DNA of 64,000 bases. It comes from the human T2T-CHM13v2.0 reference genome, Homo sapiens. The notes beneath the pieces are model-generated. The model searched no databases. It was not told the origin of the DNA and worked only from the letters and a program-made list of their open reading frames with translations. Location: NCBI RefSeq assembly GCF_009914755.1, contig NC_060947.1; one strand, written 5' to 3'. The stretch's first letter is position 1; each line of letters begins with the position of its first letter. A program made the position numbers and the translations under genes. Shown here in pieces: positions 1-11,275 of this stretch.

Positions 1-107
1 TCGTTGTGTATGATTATGTTAATGTTAACTGTATATATTTATCTCCCCTTTGTATACATTCACTTTTTCTCAGTTTTTGTTATTTTTGGAGTTTTAATTC
101 CTTCCAG

Positions 108-189
108 ATCTGTCCATAGATAAGTACTTGAACTCGGTGGGTCTAGATGTTAATAACTATAGCACAGATGAGCAGAATGAGCATACAAG
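108..189 (+). other. Candidate 82-nt spliced exon (unknown transcript)
   Basis: Pyrimidine-rich acceptor ttttaattccttccag|A at 107/108 and consensus donor CAAG|gtaagt at 189/190. One frame is open (LSIDKYLNSVGLDVNNYSTDEQNEHT); I do not recognise the peptide. Confidence 0.35.
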
Positions 190-1457
190 GTAAGTAGCCC
201 CTTTACAGGTGACTTGAACTAGAAATCTTTCTGCAAATGCTGTAATTCATAATAGTAAATGTGAGTGTGCACATACTTACTAGTCATGGAAATTGAGCTC
301 AGAAAAATTTAACGGGTATCAAAATTTTACACTTAAAATTCTAGTCTTGCTCATGGGAGTAATTAGCCTTTACTCAGACAGAGATTATCAAGCAATTTTT
401 CTTCATATACTTACTCTTATCATTTATAGCAAGAATATTTTGACAGTAGTGGAAAGTGTCCAAATGGGAAGAAGGTTGACTTTTATGAGACTATGACTTT
501 AGGGTCAAATGACTGATAATATTCAGTCTTGCTTTCAAAAATAGACAACTGAAAATTAGTAAAGGGAAAAGTGTTCCTCAGAAGACAGGCTGATATAGAT
601 CTTCAAATACTTGGGGTGGATCACTAGAAAGCAGTGTTAAAAAATGTTTCCTCCCCAACCTCTCCTTCATTGGCAACAGAGGAAATCAAGTCTTTAGTCT
701 TTGACCACTTTGTTGAGAGGAATTATGATCAGGTTGGGAAGTCTTAGGAAGGCAGTGTAGAAAGAGCACTATCAGAAATTTTTGTATCTGTGCCCAGATC
801 AGCCATGAAAAGATGTGAGTTTTAAGAGACCATGGGCTGAATTCACAACATCCTACATGTTAGCATTTCTACCAAGAGTAAATTTCTCATTCATTAAATA
901 GATAGTTTGCAAGCACCTACCAATGATCATGTACCATGAGCTAAGAGGAGAAGAGGCAAGCAAATATGAGTAAGGCAAGCTTTGCCTCTAGGAGCCCTCA
1001 AATTGGGGTCATCTTAGTTATTCACTTAACACATTCCATACACTTCATGTTTCTTCTGTGGGGAATTGATGGGGAGGACAAAGCTATAGCTTTTATATCT
1101 ATAACTCTGTCTGATTAAGATGTATTTGTTTACCTTTTGTACTTGATTGCATTTGTTCTTCTCTACTAATTGTCAATCTTCCCAGAAATAGGAGTTGTGT
1201 CTGAAGTTACTTTTCTGGCCCTCCTCTCTATCCCCTCCCAACCAGAACCATAGACAGAAGATTCCACAAACCATATCAAGCAACAGTTTAATAGGTTTTA
1301 ATGCCTCAAGCTCCTAGGAGTCTCCATTATGTCAGGTAACATCAGATATCTCTTATTTTTGAAAGACTTTATATGATCCTCATCTTGTTTAGATATTATA
1401 CATTCTTGGAGCAGGCAAAAGACCCACTGTACCTTTGGGAAGAGCTTAAAACTGAAT

Positions 1458-1843
1458 TCTAAAACTGTGGCATGTTCATACAATGGAATACTATTCACCA
1501 GTAAAAACAATGAACTACTGATACATACAACATGGATAAATCTCAAATGTGTTATTATATGTGAAAGAAGCCAGACTTAAAAGATTACATACAGTATGGT
1601 TCCATTTATATGGCACTCTGGAAAAGGAAGAACTATAGGAGCAGAAAATAGATCTGTAGTTTTCAGGGTAGGGGGGGTGGTGGAAGGAGGAATGATGACT
1701 ATAAAGGGGTATGAGGGAATTTGGGGAGTAATGGAAATGTATATTTTGACATGGCAGTCATTACTATATGCACTTGTCAAGATGTACAGAACTGTACACT
1801 AAAATGGTGTATTTTATTATAAATAAGTTATACCTCAATAAAC
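1458..1843 (+). mobile_element. Old LINE-1 3' end fragment (L1M type)
   Basis: Contains catacaatggaatactattca...caacatggataaatctcaaa...gaaagaagccagac...ttccatttatatg and ends tatacctcaataaa, typical of L1M ORF2 end/3'UTR. Confidence 0.8.
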
Positions 1844-2139
1844 CTGGGCAAGAGGAGACATGGTCAATGCCCTTTAGGACCTATCACCTTGAGTCTGTGT
1901 GTGTTAGGGAGCTGTGAGCCCATACAAGATGCAGTCTTGGGGGTAATACGTATTTCTACTATACATATTAGTTCACACTCTGCTGTATCAGCCAGACAAT
2001 AAAAGAATGAATAATTGTTTGTGTGTGCATGTATATATGCATGTATTTCCTATTTAAGGCAGTAAAGGAAAGCTATGCTGACTGAGGATAAGGAATAAAA
2101 AAAATGAGTTAAAAGATAAAAAGAGATAAACTGATAAAT

Positions 2140-2375
2140 CTGGCTATATGTGAGGTACTCTTTTAAACATTTTACATATATAAATTATTTCACTCTCACA
2201 ACAACTCTATGGTGGGTACTATTATCATCCGTATTTTACAAATGAGAAAACTGAAGTGTGGCTTAGATATGTGAATTGCTAAAGGTCACACAGTTACTAA
2301 ATAATGAGTCTGGGATTTAAACCCAGGCAGTCTCGTTCCAGAAGCCAGGCTCTTCCTAATTCTACTCCACTGCCT
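2140..2375 (-). mobile_element. MIR SINE
   Basis: Reverse-complement MIR core attttacaaatgagaaaactgaag...aaggtcacacag...gggatttaaacccaggcagtct. Confidence 0.85.
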
Positions 2376-3544
2376 TTCTAATCATTAGAGAATACTAGCT
2401 AGAACATTAGAAAATAATTGTCCCCACCTAGAATTCATGTCAAGTTTAATTTACAGGATCACTTCTAGTAAACAAAGAGCAATGTTTTCCCCACCCAAAT
2501 CCAAAGGAGGAAATCAGGCAGGCAGAGTGTTCATAAGTTGTTCATTCCCAGTCATGCTATATCAAGCTACACTGGACTTCATTTTTGACAGGGAATAGAA
2601 AGATAAGACAATATTTTGGAAAAAGAAGAGGCAATTCGTTTGTGGGATGATCAAAGGGCAGGCTATGTCACAATTCATTTTGAGTGTCAGATATCTACAG
2701 AACTACTTTCTCCCCCACAATTCGGTTTCTTGTTACATAACTTTTTCATAGCTACAATTTATTCCATTAATCCCACATGTTCTAATATTACCGCAGTGTC
2801 TTTAAAACTGCAATCCAACAGCAAAAACATTGGCTCTACCACACACAAAAAAAATCCTCAGCAATAAAATCTGTTTAAAAAGATAAATCCATTTCGATAT
2901 TCTTATTTATTTACACTTTACCTTGCTCCAAAAAAAAGATATATGATATGGTATTTTTTTCTGCAAAGCCCATAAACATTCACAATTTAACAAATCTATA
3001 TTTCTGCAATCTTACCATAGATGATGTACTGACCAAATATTATGCATATTAGAATTCATACTGAACATCACATTCATCTTCAAGCTGCAATCTTTTCCCA
3101 TGTTTCTTTGTCAAAGACTTTTGGAAATGTTATGCTAAAAATAACAGACTTTTAATGTGAGTAACAGGTTAACAAAATGAAAGTTGCTATAGAAACAGAA
3201 TGCACACTTCAGAAAATGGACCTGTAAGGAGAAATTATATTTATTGGCTATAATGAATTGGCAAAAGCTTATCAATATATATCCTATAGTCTGTTGCAGA
3301 TAGCTTTGGTAGCTACTAATTAACAATATTTCCCAATATTTTCCTGAGTTTTAAGAATGTAGGCAATCAAGGATGTTCATTCAAGAGGCAGGAAAAAAAA
3401 GATGGCTACTTCATGCATTCATGTACATAAGGAATCATTCCTTCAGCATAAGCAAAAGTGGGTCTATTAGGGTAGGGCCTTCATGTCTCCTTAATGCTGT
3501 GTTTTGTTTTGATGTCTTAACCATTACTATTTGCAAGGTTGTCA

Positions 3545-3905
3545 GAATTATTCACATCAATGAGGGAGCGCACGAATCTCTGAGGATTATAATTTACATG
3601 GGGTTTGGTATGCTTGGTTGCTCTGCGTAGTAATCCTGCAGTGTACTTAATGAAAGCCTTAATGATTGGATATCTCCTGTTTAACTGCTTTATTAAGGAG
3701 TATTTTATTTATTATTGCTCTCCAACTGCAACTTTTGACTGAATATTGCCAAGATTTGACTGTATTCTATTAAAGAGAAACAAATAGCAGTTTTTATAGA
3801 GCATGCACCACTCTGCTTTTATAGCCTGCATTTTTCATGCAGTAAATCCAGACACTTTGCAATCATTAAGGATATAGAAGAAGACTTGGCTCCATAACAG
3901 CTTCT
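3545..3905. mobile_element. MER121-like ancient conserved repeat
   Basis: Internal inverted repeat ccttaatgattg (3657-3668) / caatcattaagg (3860-3871), plus motifs tgtttaactgcttt and cagtaaatccagaca that match my recollection of the MER121 consensus. Not checked by search. Confidence 0.65.
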
Positions 3906-4117
3906 CTCCAGAGCTCAACCTGTGCTATAAAACAAGCCACCACAGAAAACAGGCACTAAGGCTCAGCTCCCTAAAAGCCCAAACCCCCTGTTGTAAATAA
4001 GGTATTTCTGGTAGGAAAAGTCATAGTTTATGTTGAATGTTTTGCTTCTTTGATCCTGATGGCTGTTGTTTCTTCCCTGCTCACCTCCTCCAAATTACAA
4101 TTTGCCCTCTTTCTCAG

Positions 4118-4139
4118 ATCATTAATAATGTAGCCTCTG
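4118..4139 (+). other. Candidate 22-nt micro-exon
   Basis: Branch-like ctcac, then tract tttgccctctttctcag|A (4117/4118) and donor CTG|gtaagt (4139/4140). Confidence 0.25.
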
Positions 4140-4694
4140 GTAAGTGCACAGGCCTTAAGTGAGACGACTGTATTGCCATTGCTAGGACCCAGCTGGTTTC
4201 TGCACTGAGGTTATGTAAGGCTCTAACTAGGCAGGCTTTTTCTTCTCCTCATACATCTGGAAAGCTTTTCTCCAAGGAATATCGAGATGATTGTGATGAG
4301 CACTGCTTTGGACTTTACTGAAGTTGCCCTGGGACTCCCTTATTCCCATGCTGTCTCCCCAGCACCTGGCTCCTCCTGTGTGAGAGAGCAGTGATGGTAA
4401 CAAATGGGGCTGTTTGGGCTAGACCGACAGAGAGAAAGTTAATAGGCTCAGACTTGATTGCTTTCTACCTGTGACTGCAATTTCCTTCAGGATATGCAAA
4501 TGGCGCTCTGGAGAAAATGGAACCAAGACAGATCAGGGCGATTTTCAAACCTTATGGAATTCTGGATGTGAAACAGTAAAAATGACCTTTCTTTCTTCCC
4601 TTGACCCTAAAGAGCAGTCCTAACAATACAGGAGGATCATGTCCAGCAGCGACAATACCTGATGAAAATTGGGCCACATTGGAGTGTAGGTACT

Positions 4695-4790
4695 TTTATT
4701 GAGTCTTGACTGTATGCTGGGCATTGTGCCTTATCTCATGTCTTAGCTCATCCTGTTTTTACAACAGCCATGTGAGGTAAGAAGTATTCT
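4695..4790 (-). mobile_element. MIR fragment
   Basis: tattgagt...tatgctgggcattgtgc...acaacagccatgtgaggta resembles the MIR 3' half in reverse orientation. Confidence 0.6.
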
Positions 4791-5019
4791 CGTAATGGTT
4801 AATCAATTCCTTTTTCACCTCAATTCTTTTGAATGCTTGTTCTCTTTCTTGTTGAACACAGAAAAAATTCAGAACTACTGAATTCCCTTTTTCCTTCTGT
4901 CATTTTTTAAATGCTACATCTTTCTCAAACAAGAATCTTACTCTTTTTTCCCTCATAATGTTACTATAAAACTATAATTTTAAACATCCTTTTAATGGCA
5001 TTGATCTTTCAGTTTAATA

Positions 5020-5210
5020 CAGAAATCAGCAAACTTACTTTGTAAAGAGCCACATAGTAAATATTTTAGGCTTTGCAGGCTATACGGTCTCTGTCTCAGT
5101 GACTCAACTCTTCTGTATTAGTGTGCAAAAGCAATATAGACAAAACATAAAGGAATGGGCATGGCCATGTTCCAGTAAAACTTTATTTACAGAAATGAGA
5201 GGCCTGCCCA
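5020..5210. mobile_element. MER58A-like hAT-Charlie DNA transposon
   Basis: cagcaaact...tgtaaagagccacatagtaaatattttaggctttgcaggc...gttccagtaaaactttatttaca. Confidence 0.85.
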
Positions 5211-5344
5211 TGAATTTTATCTTGTGAGACCTGGATTAAAAAAAAAGAAAAAAAAGAAAAAAAAAGGTGGTGGGGAGAGATGGTGGGGAAAGCAAAGGGA
5301 TAGTTCTTAATTAATTCATTTCTAGGACCACTTTATTGTTTGGT

Positions 5345-5437
5345 TTTAGACAAGTCACTTCATTTCTCTGTGGCTTAGTTTCTTTATCTTTGAAATAAGA
5401 GTAACAGCTTCCTCATGGGATTATTGTGAAGATTAAA
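5345..5437 (+). mobile_element. MIR fragment
   Basis: acaagtcacttcatttctctgtggcttagtttctttatct...gggattattgtgaagattaaa. Confidence 0.7.
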
Positions 5438-5599
5438 AGACAGAAACTTCCTCCTGGACTTCTCCCCTGTTTCAGTTTGGTTAGCACTGTTAGATTATTT
5501 ACAATATTTTAGACATTTGTTTAAATGCTTATGATAGAACCATAAGACAAAGCCCTTGTTTCCTTTACCACCTCCCAGGAATTCAAAGAACATTAATCC

Positions 5600-5810
5600 T
5601 GGCTCAGAGGATAAAGGAAAGCTTCAGATAGGAGGCATTTAAGGTCAACCTTGAAAGATGAGTGGAATTTTTTAGGTTGAGAAGCAAGAGAAGGACATTC
5701 CAAGTAGAGATAACAGCAGGAGCAAAGAGATATAAAAGCTTTGTAAAATTGCATAGTATTTTCACAGAACTGTGAAAAATAGTCCGATATGGCTGGAGAA
5801 CATGATGATG
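5600..5810 (-). mobile_element. L2 fragment
   Basis: ggaaagcttc...ccttgaaagatgagt...acattccaagtagagataacagc...gcaaag, a purine-rich reverse L2 pattern. Confidence 0.6.
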
Positions 5811-5831
5811 CATGGCGAGGTAGATACTGAT

Positions 5832-5971
5832 AGACCCTACCTGATATCTATTCTCCTTCCTTCTTTACTCATAAGTCTTTTATTTTTTCCAAATCAGAAT
5901 AAGACCCTACCTGATATCCATTCTCCCTCCTTCTTTACTCATAATTCTTTGATTTTTTCCAAATCAGAATA
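5832..5971. repeat. 70-bp tandem duplication (2 copies)
   Basis: 5832-5901 and 5902-5971 both read agaccctacctgatat...ttttttccaaatcagaata, with 4 mismatches. Confidence 0.95.
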
Positions 5972-7612
5972 TGCACCCAACTAAAAATACACAACCTTTC
6001 AGTGTCCCTTGTTTGAGGTGGTCCTGTGACACAGTTCTAGTCAACAAGATGTAGGTAGAAGTTTCTGGGAAGGGCTTGTTTTTCTGACTAAATAGAAAAC
6101 AACAGCAAAGAATGAGGCTTTCTTTTTTTTGCCACCTGTATTTTGGGTTCAGGGGGTACACGTGCAGGTTTGTTTCATAGGTAAATTGCATGTTGCTGAG
6201 GCTTGGTATACAAATAAACCTATCAGCAAGGTAGTGAGCATAATACCTGATAGGTAGCCTTCTAACCCATACGTCTTTCCCATCCTCCCGACTGAAGCAG
6301 TCCCCAGTGTCTACTGTTCCCATCTTTGTGTCCATGTGTATTCAGTGTTTAGTGAGAATATGGGATATTTGGTTTTCTGCTCCTGAGCTAATTTGCTTAG
6401 TATGATGAACTCCAGCTGCATCCATGTTGCTGCAAGGGACATGATTTCATTCTTCTTTATGACTACATAGTATTCCATAGTGTATATGTACCACACTTTC
6501 TTTCTTTAGTCCACTGTTGATGGGCATCTTGGTTGATTCCATGTCTTTGCTATTGTTAATAGTGCTGCAATGAAAATACCAGTGCCTGTGTCTTTTTGGT
6601 AGAACAATTAATTTTCCTTTGAGTATATATCCAATAGTGGGATTGCTGGGTTGAATGGTATTTCTGTTTTAAGTTCTTTGAGAAATCTCCACACTGCTTT
6701 ACACAGTGGCTGAACTAACTTACATTCCCACCAATAGTGGGAATGTACATAAGCATTCCCCTTCTCTGCAACTTTGCCAGCATCTGTTGTTTTTGACTTT
6801 TTAATAATAGCCATTCTGACAAGTGTGAGATGATATCTCACTGTGGTTTTAATTTGCATTTCTCTAATGATTAGTGATGGTGAGTACTTTTTCATGTTTG
6901 TTGGACACGTGTATGTCTTCTTTTGTCAAGTGTCTGTTCATGTCCTTTGCCCATTTTTTATGGAGTTATTCATTTTTGGCTTGCTGATTTGTTTAAATTT
7001 CTTATGGATTTTGGATATTAGACTTGTGTCAGATGCATAGTTTGCAAATATTTTCCCCCATGATGTAGGATGTCTCTTTACTCTGTTGATAGTATTTTTT
7101 CTGCTGTGCAGAAGTTCTTTAGTCTAATTGGGTCCCACTTGTCAATTTTTGTTTTTGTTGCAGTTGCTTTTAGGGACTTAGTCATAAATTCTTTGCCAAG
7201 GCCAATGTCCAAAGTGGTATTTCCTAGGTTTTCTTCTAGGGTTTTCATTATTGTTTTAGGTCTTACATTTAAGTCATTAGTCCATCTTTGGTTAGTTTTT
7301 GTACATGATGAAATAAAGGGGTCCAGTTTCAATCTTCTGTATATGGCTGAAGAAGGCTTTCTTCTGACCTGGAATGTGGATTTAACACCTGAAGATTCAG
7401 TAACCCATTCACAACCATAAAAACCAAAGCCACATATTATCAGTGACATAACAGTCTGTTTTCCCTGTGACATTTTTGAGCCGCCACACTGGTCCTAATG
7501 ACCTGTTTCCAGATTTTTGCTACATGAGAAAAAAATAGTCCACTTATTTGTTTAAGCCATTGCACATTATGTTTTTCATTGTTCACAATGGAACAGAATT
7601 CTAACTTATTCA
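5900..7612 (+). mobile_element. MLT1-type MaLR LTR split by an L1 (pieces ~5900-6124 and ~7349-7612)
   Basis: ggtggtcctgtgacacagttctagtcaacaagatgtaggtagaagt before the L1; cctggaatgtgga...ttatttgtttaagcca after it. Confidence 0.65.
6125..7348 (-). mobile_element. 5'-truncated LINE-1 (older L1PA, about PA13-16): ORF2 C-terminus + 3'UTR
   Basis: Minus-strand ORFs give L1 ORF2 peptides (MQIKTTVRYHLT, WWECKLVQPL, MWYIYTMEYY). T-tail on the left. TSD gaatgaggctttctt (6110-6124) / gaagaaggctttctt (7349-7363). Confidence 0.92.
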
Positions 7613-7619
7613 CAATAAA

Positions 7620-9050
7620 GTTGGAAGTAATAAGAAAGATGCTAAAAATAGATATAAGTTCATATTGTTAAGAGTACTAATTGTTATAGTAAAGGGTTTA
7701 GACTATTCTGTGGACAGTTGAGAAACATCAAAAGTTTCTAAGCAAAGGAGAGATGTAAAATATTTTATTAAACAGTAGACCATTAAGTTCTGAGTATATG
7801 CCAGGTACTATGGGGAACCTCATAGACAAACAACAATAACAACAACAAGGAGACAGACTAACAAATACAATTATTACAAATAATATATTTATGAAGGAAA
7901 CAAATGGTTTAGCTAAAGAGTAATCAGAGTGGCCTACTTTAGACATGATAAGAAAACCTCTTTGTGGAGGTAAAAATTGAATTCAGACCTAAAAGATGAG
8001 ATGAAATTGATCATTCAAATACTGCTAATAGCATTCTAGGCAGACAGGCCAGCATTTGCAAAGGTTCTGAAGCAGGACAGAGGTTAACAGCTTATAGGAA
8101 CTTTAAGAAGCTCAGTAGGACTAGAGCTTATTACTCAAATTGGGAGTTAATGGTTTGAGCTGAGGACTTAGAGATATGCAGTACCTTGTATCACTATGGT
8201 AAAGGGTTTTAAAGGCAACAGGAATCCATTGAGGGGTTTTAAATAAGTGGTATGATCCAAGTCATGTTTTAAAAGAGTGTTCTTGATATGGTATAGAGAA
8301 TGCATTAGAAAGGAGTAAGAGTAGAATGATGTAAACCAGACATCATTTGTTCTAGTCTAGATGAAAGATGATGGTGGGATGATGATGGCCTTGTCTAAGG
8401 CAGTGATGATAGGGATGAAGAAGTGTGGATACTTGAGGTTCATCAGGATGACTTGCTGTATGGATTGGATATAGGGGGTTAAGAAAAAGGAGGAATCAAG
8501 GATGACTGTCTCTGAACTGAGTTTCTGGGTGGAAAATGATACCACTTACTGAGATGGAGAAGACTGACAGGAGGGGATAGATTTTGGATGGAAAATTAAT
8601 TGTTCTATTTTAGACATGCTAAGTTTTCAATGCCTCTGAGATACTTAAGTGGAAACAAGTAGAATGTTGGATATGTGGAGTGTGTGAGTCTGAGATTTAG
8701 AGAATTCCTCTGGCCAGAGATAAAATTATGACTCATCAGCAAAATGATGGCATTTTAGTCCAAGAGAATAGATGGGCTTACTTTGGAATATTGTGTAGAG
8801 AAAGAGAAAATATGAAGTTTGTTTGTGAAAGGAAGATGAAGAATTGGTTAGAAAGAAGAGAGAGGAAGGGATGGATTTGAGAGAGGAAGGGATGGATTTA
8901 AGAGATAGTTTACAGGAAGAATCCACAGATGTTGGAGCCTGATTAGATTGCAGGAGTAAGAAAGTTGAAGTCAAAGATAGCTTGGAGGTTCCCTTTTGCT
9001 TGATTGACTGTATGCTGATGCTCTCCATCAGTATGTGATACACAGAAGGA
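7620..9050 (-). mobile_element. L2 fragments
   Basis: Reverse L2 motifs such as gcattctaggcaga...gcaaagg, aaggaggaatcaaggatgact...tttactgagatgg-like, ttctattttagacatgctaagttt. Confidence 0.75.
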
Positions 9051-9404
9051 AAGTGGAGTTTCAGGGTGAGATAACAAGTTTGATTGTCGTGCTGTAAGGC
9101 TGAACATCAGATAGGCTTAAAGCCTGGAACTGCTGGCTGATGCTTTTGAAAAATTGCTCTTTCTTCACCTATACCTGAAGCAAACACTCAGGAATTGTGT
9201 GTAGTTGCTTTGAAGCTGGTGGAAAGGTAGACAGAATGCCCAGAATAGTCATGTTGGTTGTGGAGGGCTTTTTGAAGGCTATGAACCTCCATAAGGATGG
9301 CAAGGGGAATTTCTTATGCCTAGTCCAATTCTTACTCCATGTTAGTTGTGTCATCCACAGCTGAATGTTCCTGTGGGGAAATTTGGGGACCTAGAAAGCC
9401 TTAC

Positions 9405-9559
9405 CTTCAACTGGGAATATATTGCGTACCTTCGATGTCATTTACTGATCTTCACAGAAACTTCACTTTTCTAGCTGTGTCTATTGCTGTGTTCCTGAGG
9501 ATCATATCACTGATTCACTGTTTAAATGGAATTACTACAAGGTCCTTGGATCCTGATAG
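9405..9559 (-). other. Candidate 155-nt non-coding exon downstream of the L1 antisense promoter
   Basis: Minus-strand acceptor ttctctcattctctttatcaacacag|C and donor GAAG|gtaagg. Stop codons occur in all three frames. Confidence 0.35.
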
Positions 9560-10390
9560 CTGTGTTGATAAAGAGAATGAGAGAACCCCACAAAGGTATT
9601 ACTATCAGAGTGCTAAGGTAACAAGTGGACCATCTTTGTTATTAAAATAAAAAGTGTGGCTAGGAAGAAAGGAAGAAGCATTACAGTGAAGTATGTCAAT
9701 TGCCACCTTGGTTCCACATAGTTTGACTTTCTGGATTGAATATCAGAAATGGTCACAGTTATAATTTCCTGGTTGCTTCTATTGCTTCAAGCCAAAGGGT
9801 CAAATATACCTGAGGTATTATACCAGAACATGAAATTACTGAATCCAGTCTGAGTAGTCATGGAAATTGAGACCAAAGCTGTTTTCTGGCAGAAATTGAA
9901 TACTTATGGCATTTTAGATGTGAACGAAAGAAGTGAAAATTAAGCAGAGCAAATTCTTTGCCTTTATTTTAGATTTTGTCAGAGGCAGCAGATTTTTATA
10001 ACAAAAAGAATTTTAAAATAAGAAGTTTTAATTGTGGGAGGAAGTAGTGGCGATAATGATAAAATTAAGTAAAGCTCAATCTTCACTGATCTTGCTTGAA
10101 AAAGTGGATAAAGAATAACAGGGTCCATGTAGAGTTTTAATTATGAATAACTATGCTTTCAATTTTGTGTACTAAACGTTTTCCTTTATTATCAGCTCTG
10201 ACCTTAGAACTCTGAGATTTATGCATACTAATTGGGTTTTTAAAAATGTGTTCAGAGACAGCCACTCAAAAATAATTTTCTCATTGGATCAGGCACTGTT
10301 CAAGTGGAAATCAAAAGTATTTCAATGAGGCGTAAAACATCCAACAATAAGGGGTAAAAGAAACTATTTCTTTTTAAAATTTCTGTTTGA

Positions 10391-11275
10391 GAATAGGAAC
10401 AGCTCCGGTCTACAGCTCCCACCGTGAGCGACGCAGAAGACGGGTGATTTCTGCATTTCCATCTGAGGTACCGGGTTCATCTCACTAGGGAGTGCCAGAC
10501 AGTGGGCGCAGGCCAGTGGGTGCGCGCACCGTGCGCGAGCCGAAGCAGGGCAAGGCATTGCCTCACCTGGGAAGCGCACGGGGTGAGGGAGTTCCCTTTC
10601 CGAGTCAAAGAAAGGGGTGACAGACGCACCTGGAAAATCGGGCCACTCCCACCCGAATATTGCGCTTTTCAGACCGGCTTAAAAAACGGCGCACCACGAG
10701 ACTATATCCCACACCTGGCTCGGAGGGTCCTACGCCCACGGAATCTCGCTGATTGCTAGCACAGCAGTCTGAGATCAAACTGCAAGGCGGCAGCGAGGCT
10801 GGGGGAGGGGCGCCTGCCATTGCCCAGGCTTGCTTAGGTAAACAAAGCAGCCGGGAAGCTCAAACTGGGTGGAGCCCACCACAGCTCAAGGAGGCCTGCC
10901 TGCCTCTGTAGACTCCACCTCTGGGGGCAGGGCACAGACAAACAAAAAGACAGCAGTAACCTCTGCAGACTTAAATGTCCCTGTCTGACAGCTTTGAAGA
11001 GAGCAGTGGTTCTCCCAGCACGCAGCTGGAGATCTGAGAACGGGCAGACTGCCTCCTCAAGTGGGTCCCTGACCCCTGACCCCCGAGCAGCCTAACTGGG
11101 AGGCACCCCCCAGCAGGGGCACACTGACACCTCACACTGCAGGGTATTCCAACAGACCTGCAGCTGAGGGTCCTGTCTGTTAGAAGGAAAACTAACAAAC
11201 AGAAAGGACATCCACACCGAAAACCCATCTGTACATCACCATCATCAAAGACCAAAAGTAGATAAAACCACAAAG
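10391..11275. promoter_or_regulatory. L1 5'UTR with sense and antisense promoter (CpG-rich)
   Basis: Typical L1PA 5'UTR with many retained CpGs. The YY1 motif CAAGATGGCC at the 5' terminus is absent. Confidence 0.85.
10605..10820 (-). CDS. ORF0: L1 ORF0 (antisense 71-aa ORF), intact
   Basis: MAGAPPPASLPPCSLISDCCASNQRDSVGVGPSEPG...HPFL, 71 aa. Donors CAG|GTGTGG after nt 106 (10715) and CAG|GTGCGT after nt 191 (10630) are present. Confidence 0.9.
   Translation of the reverse strand: MAGAPPPASLPPCSLISDCCASNQRDSVGVGPSEPGVGYSLVVRRFLSRSEKRNIRVGVARFSRCVCHPFL

Noticed and set aside
4491-4580. Peptide MEPRQIRAIF resembling the Hsmar1 transposase N-terminus (KKQIRAIF)
   Set aside because: Similarity is limited to six residues, with no mariner TIR or further homology.
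8859-8900. 21-bp tandem duplication agagaggaagggatggattt(g/a)
   Set aside because: Real but small, inside a decayed L2, and consistent with ordinary slippage.
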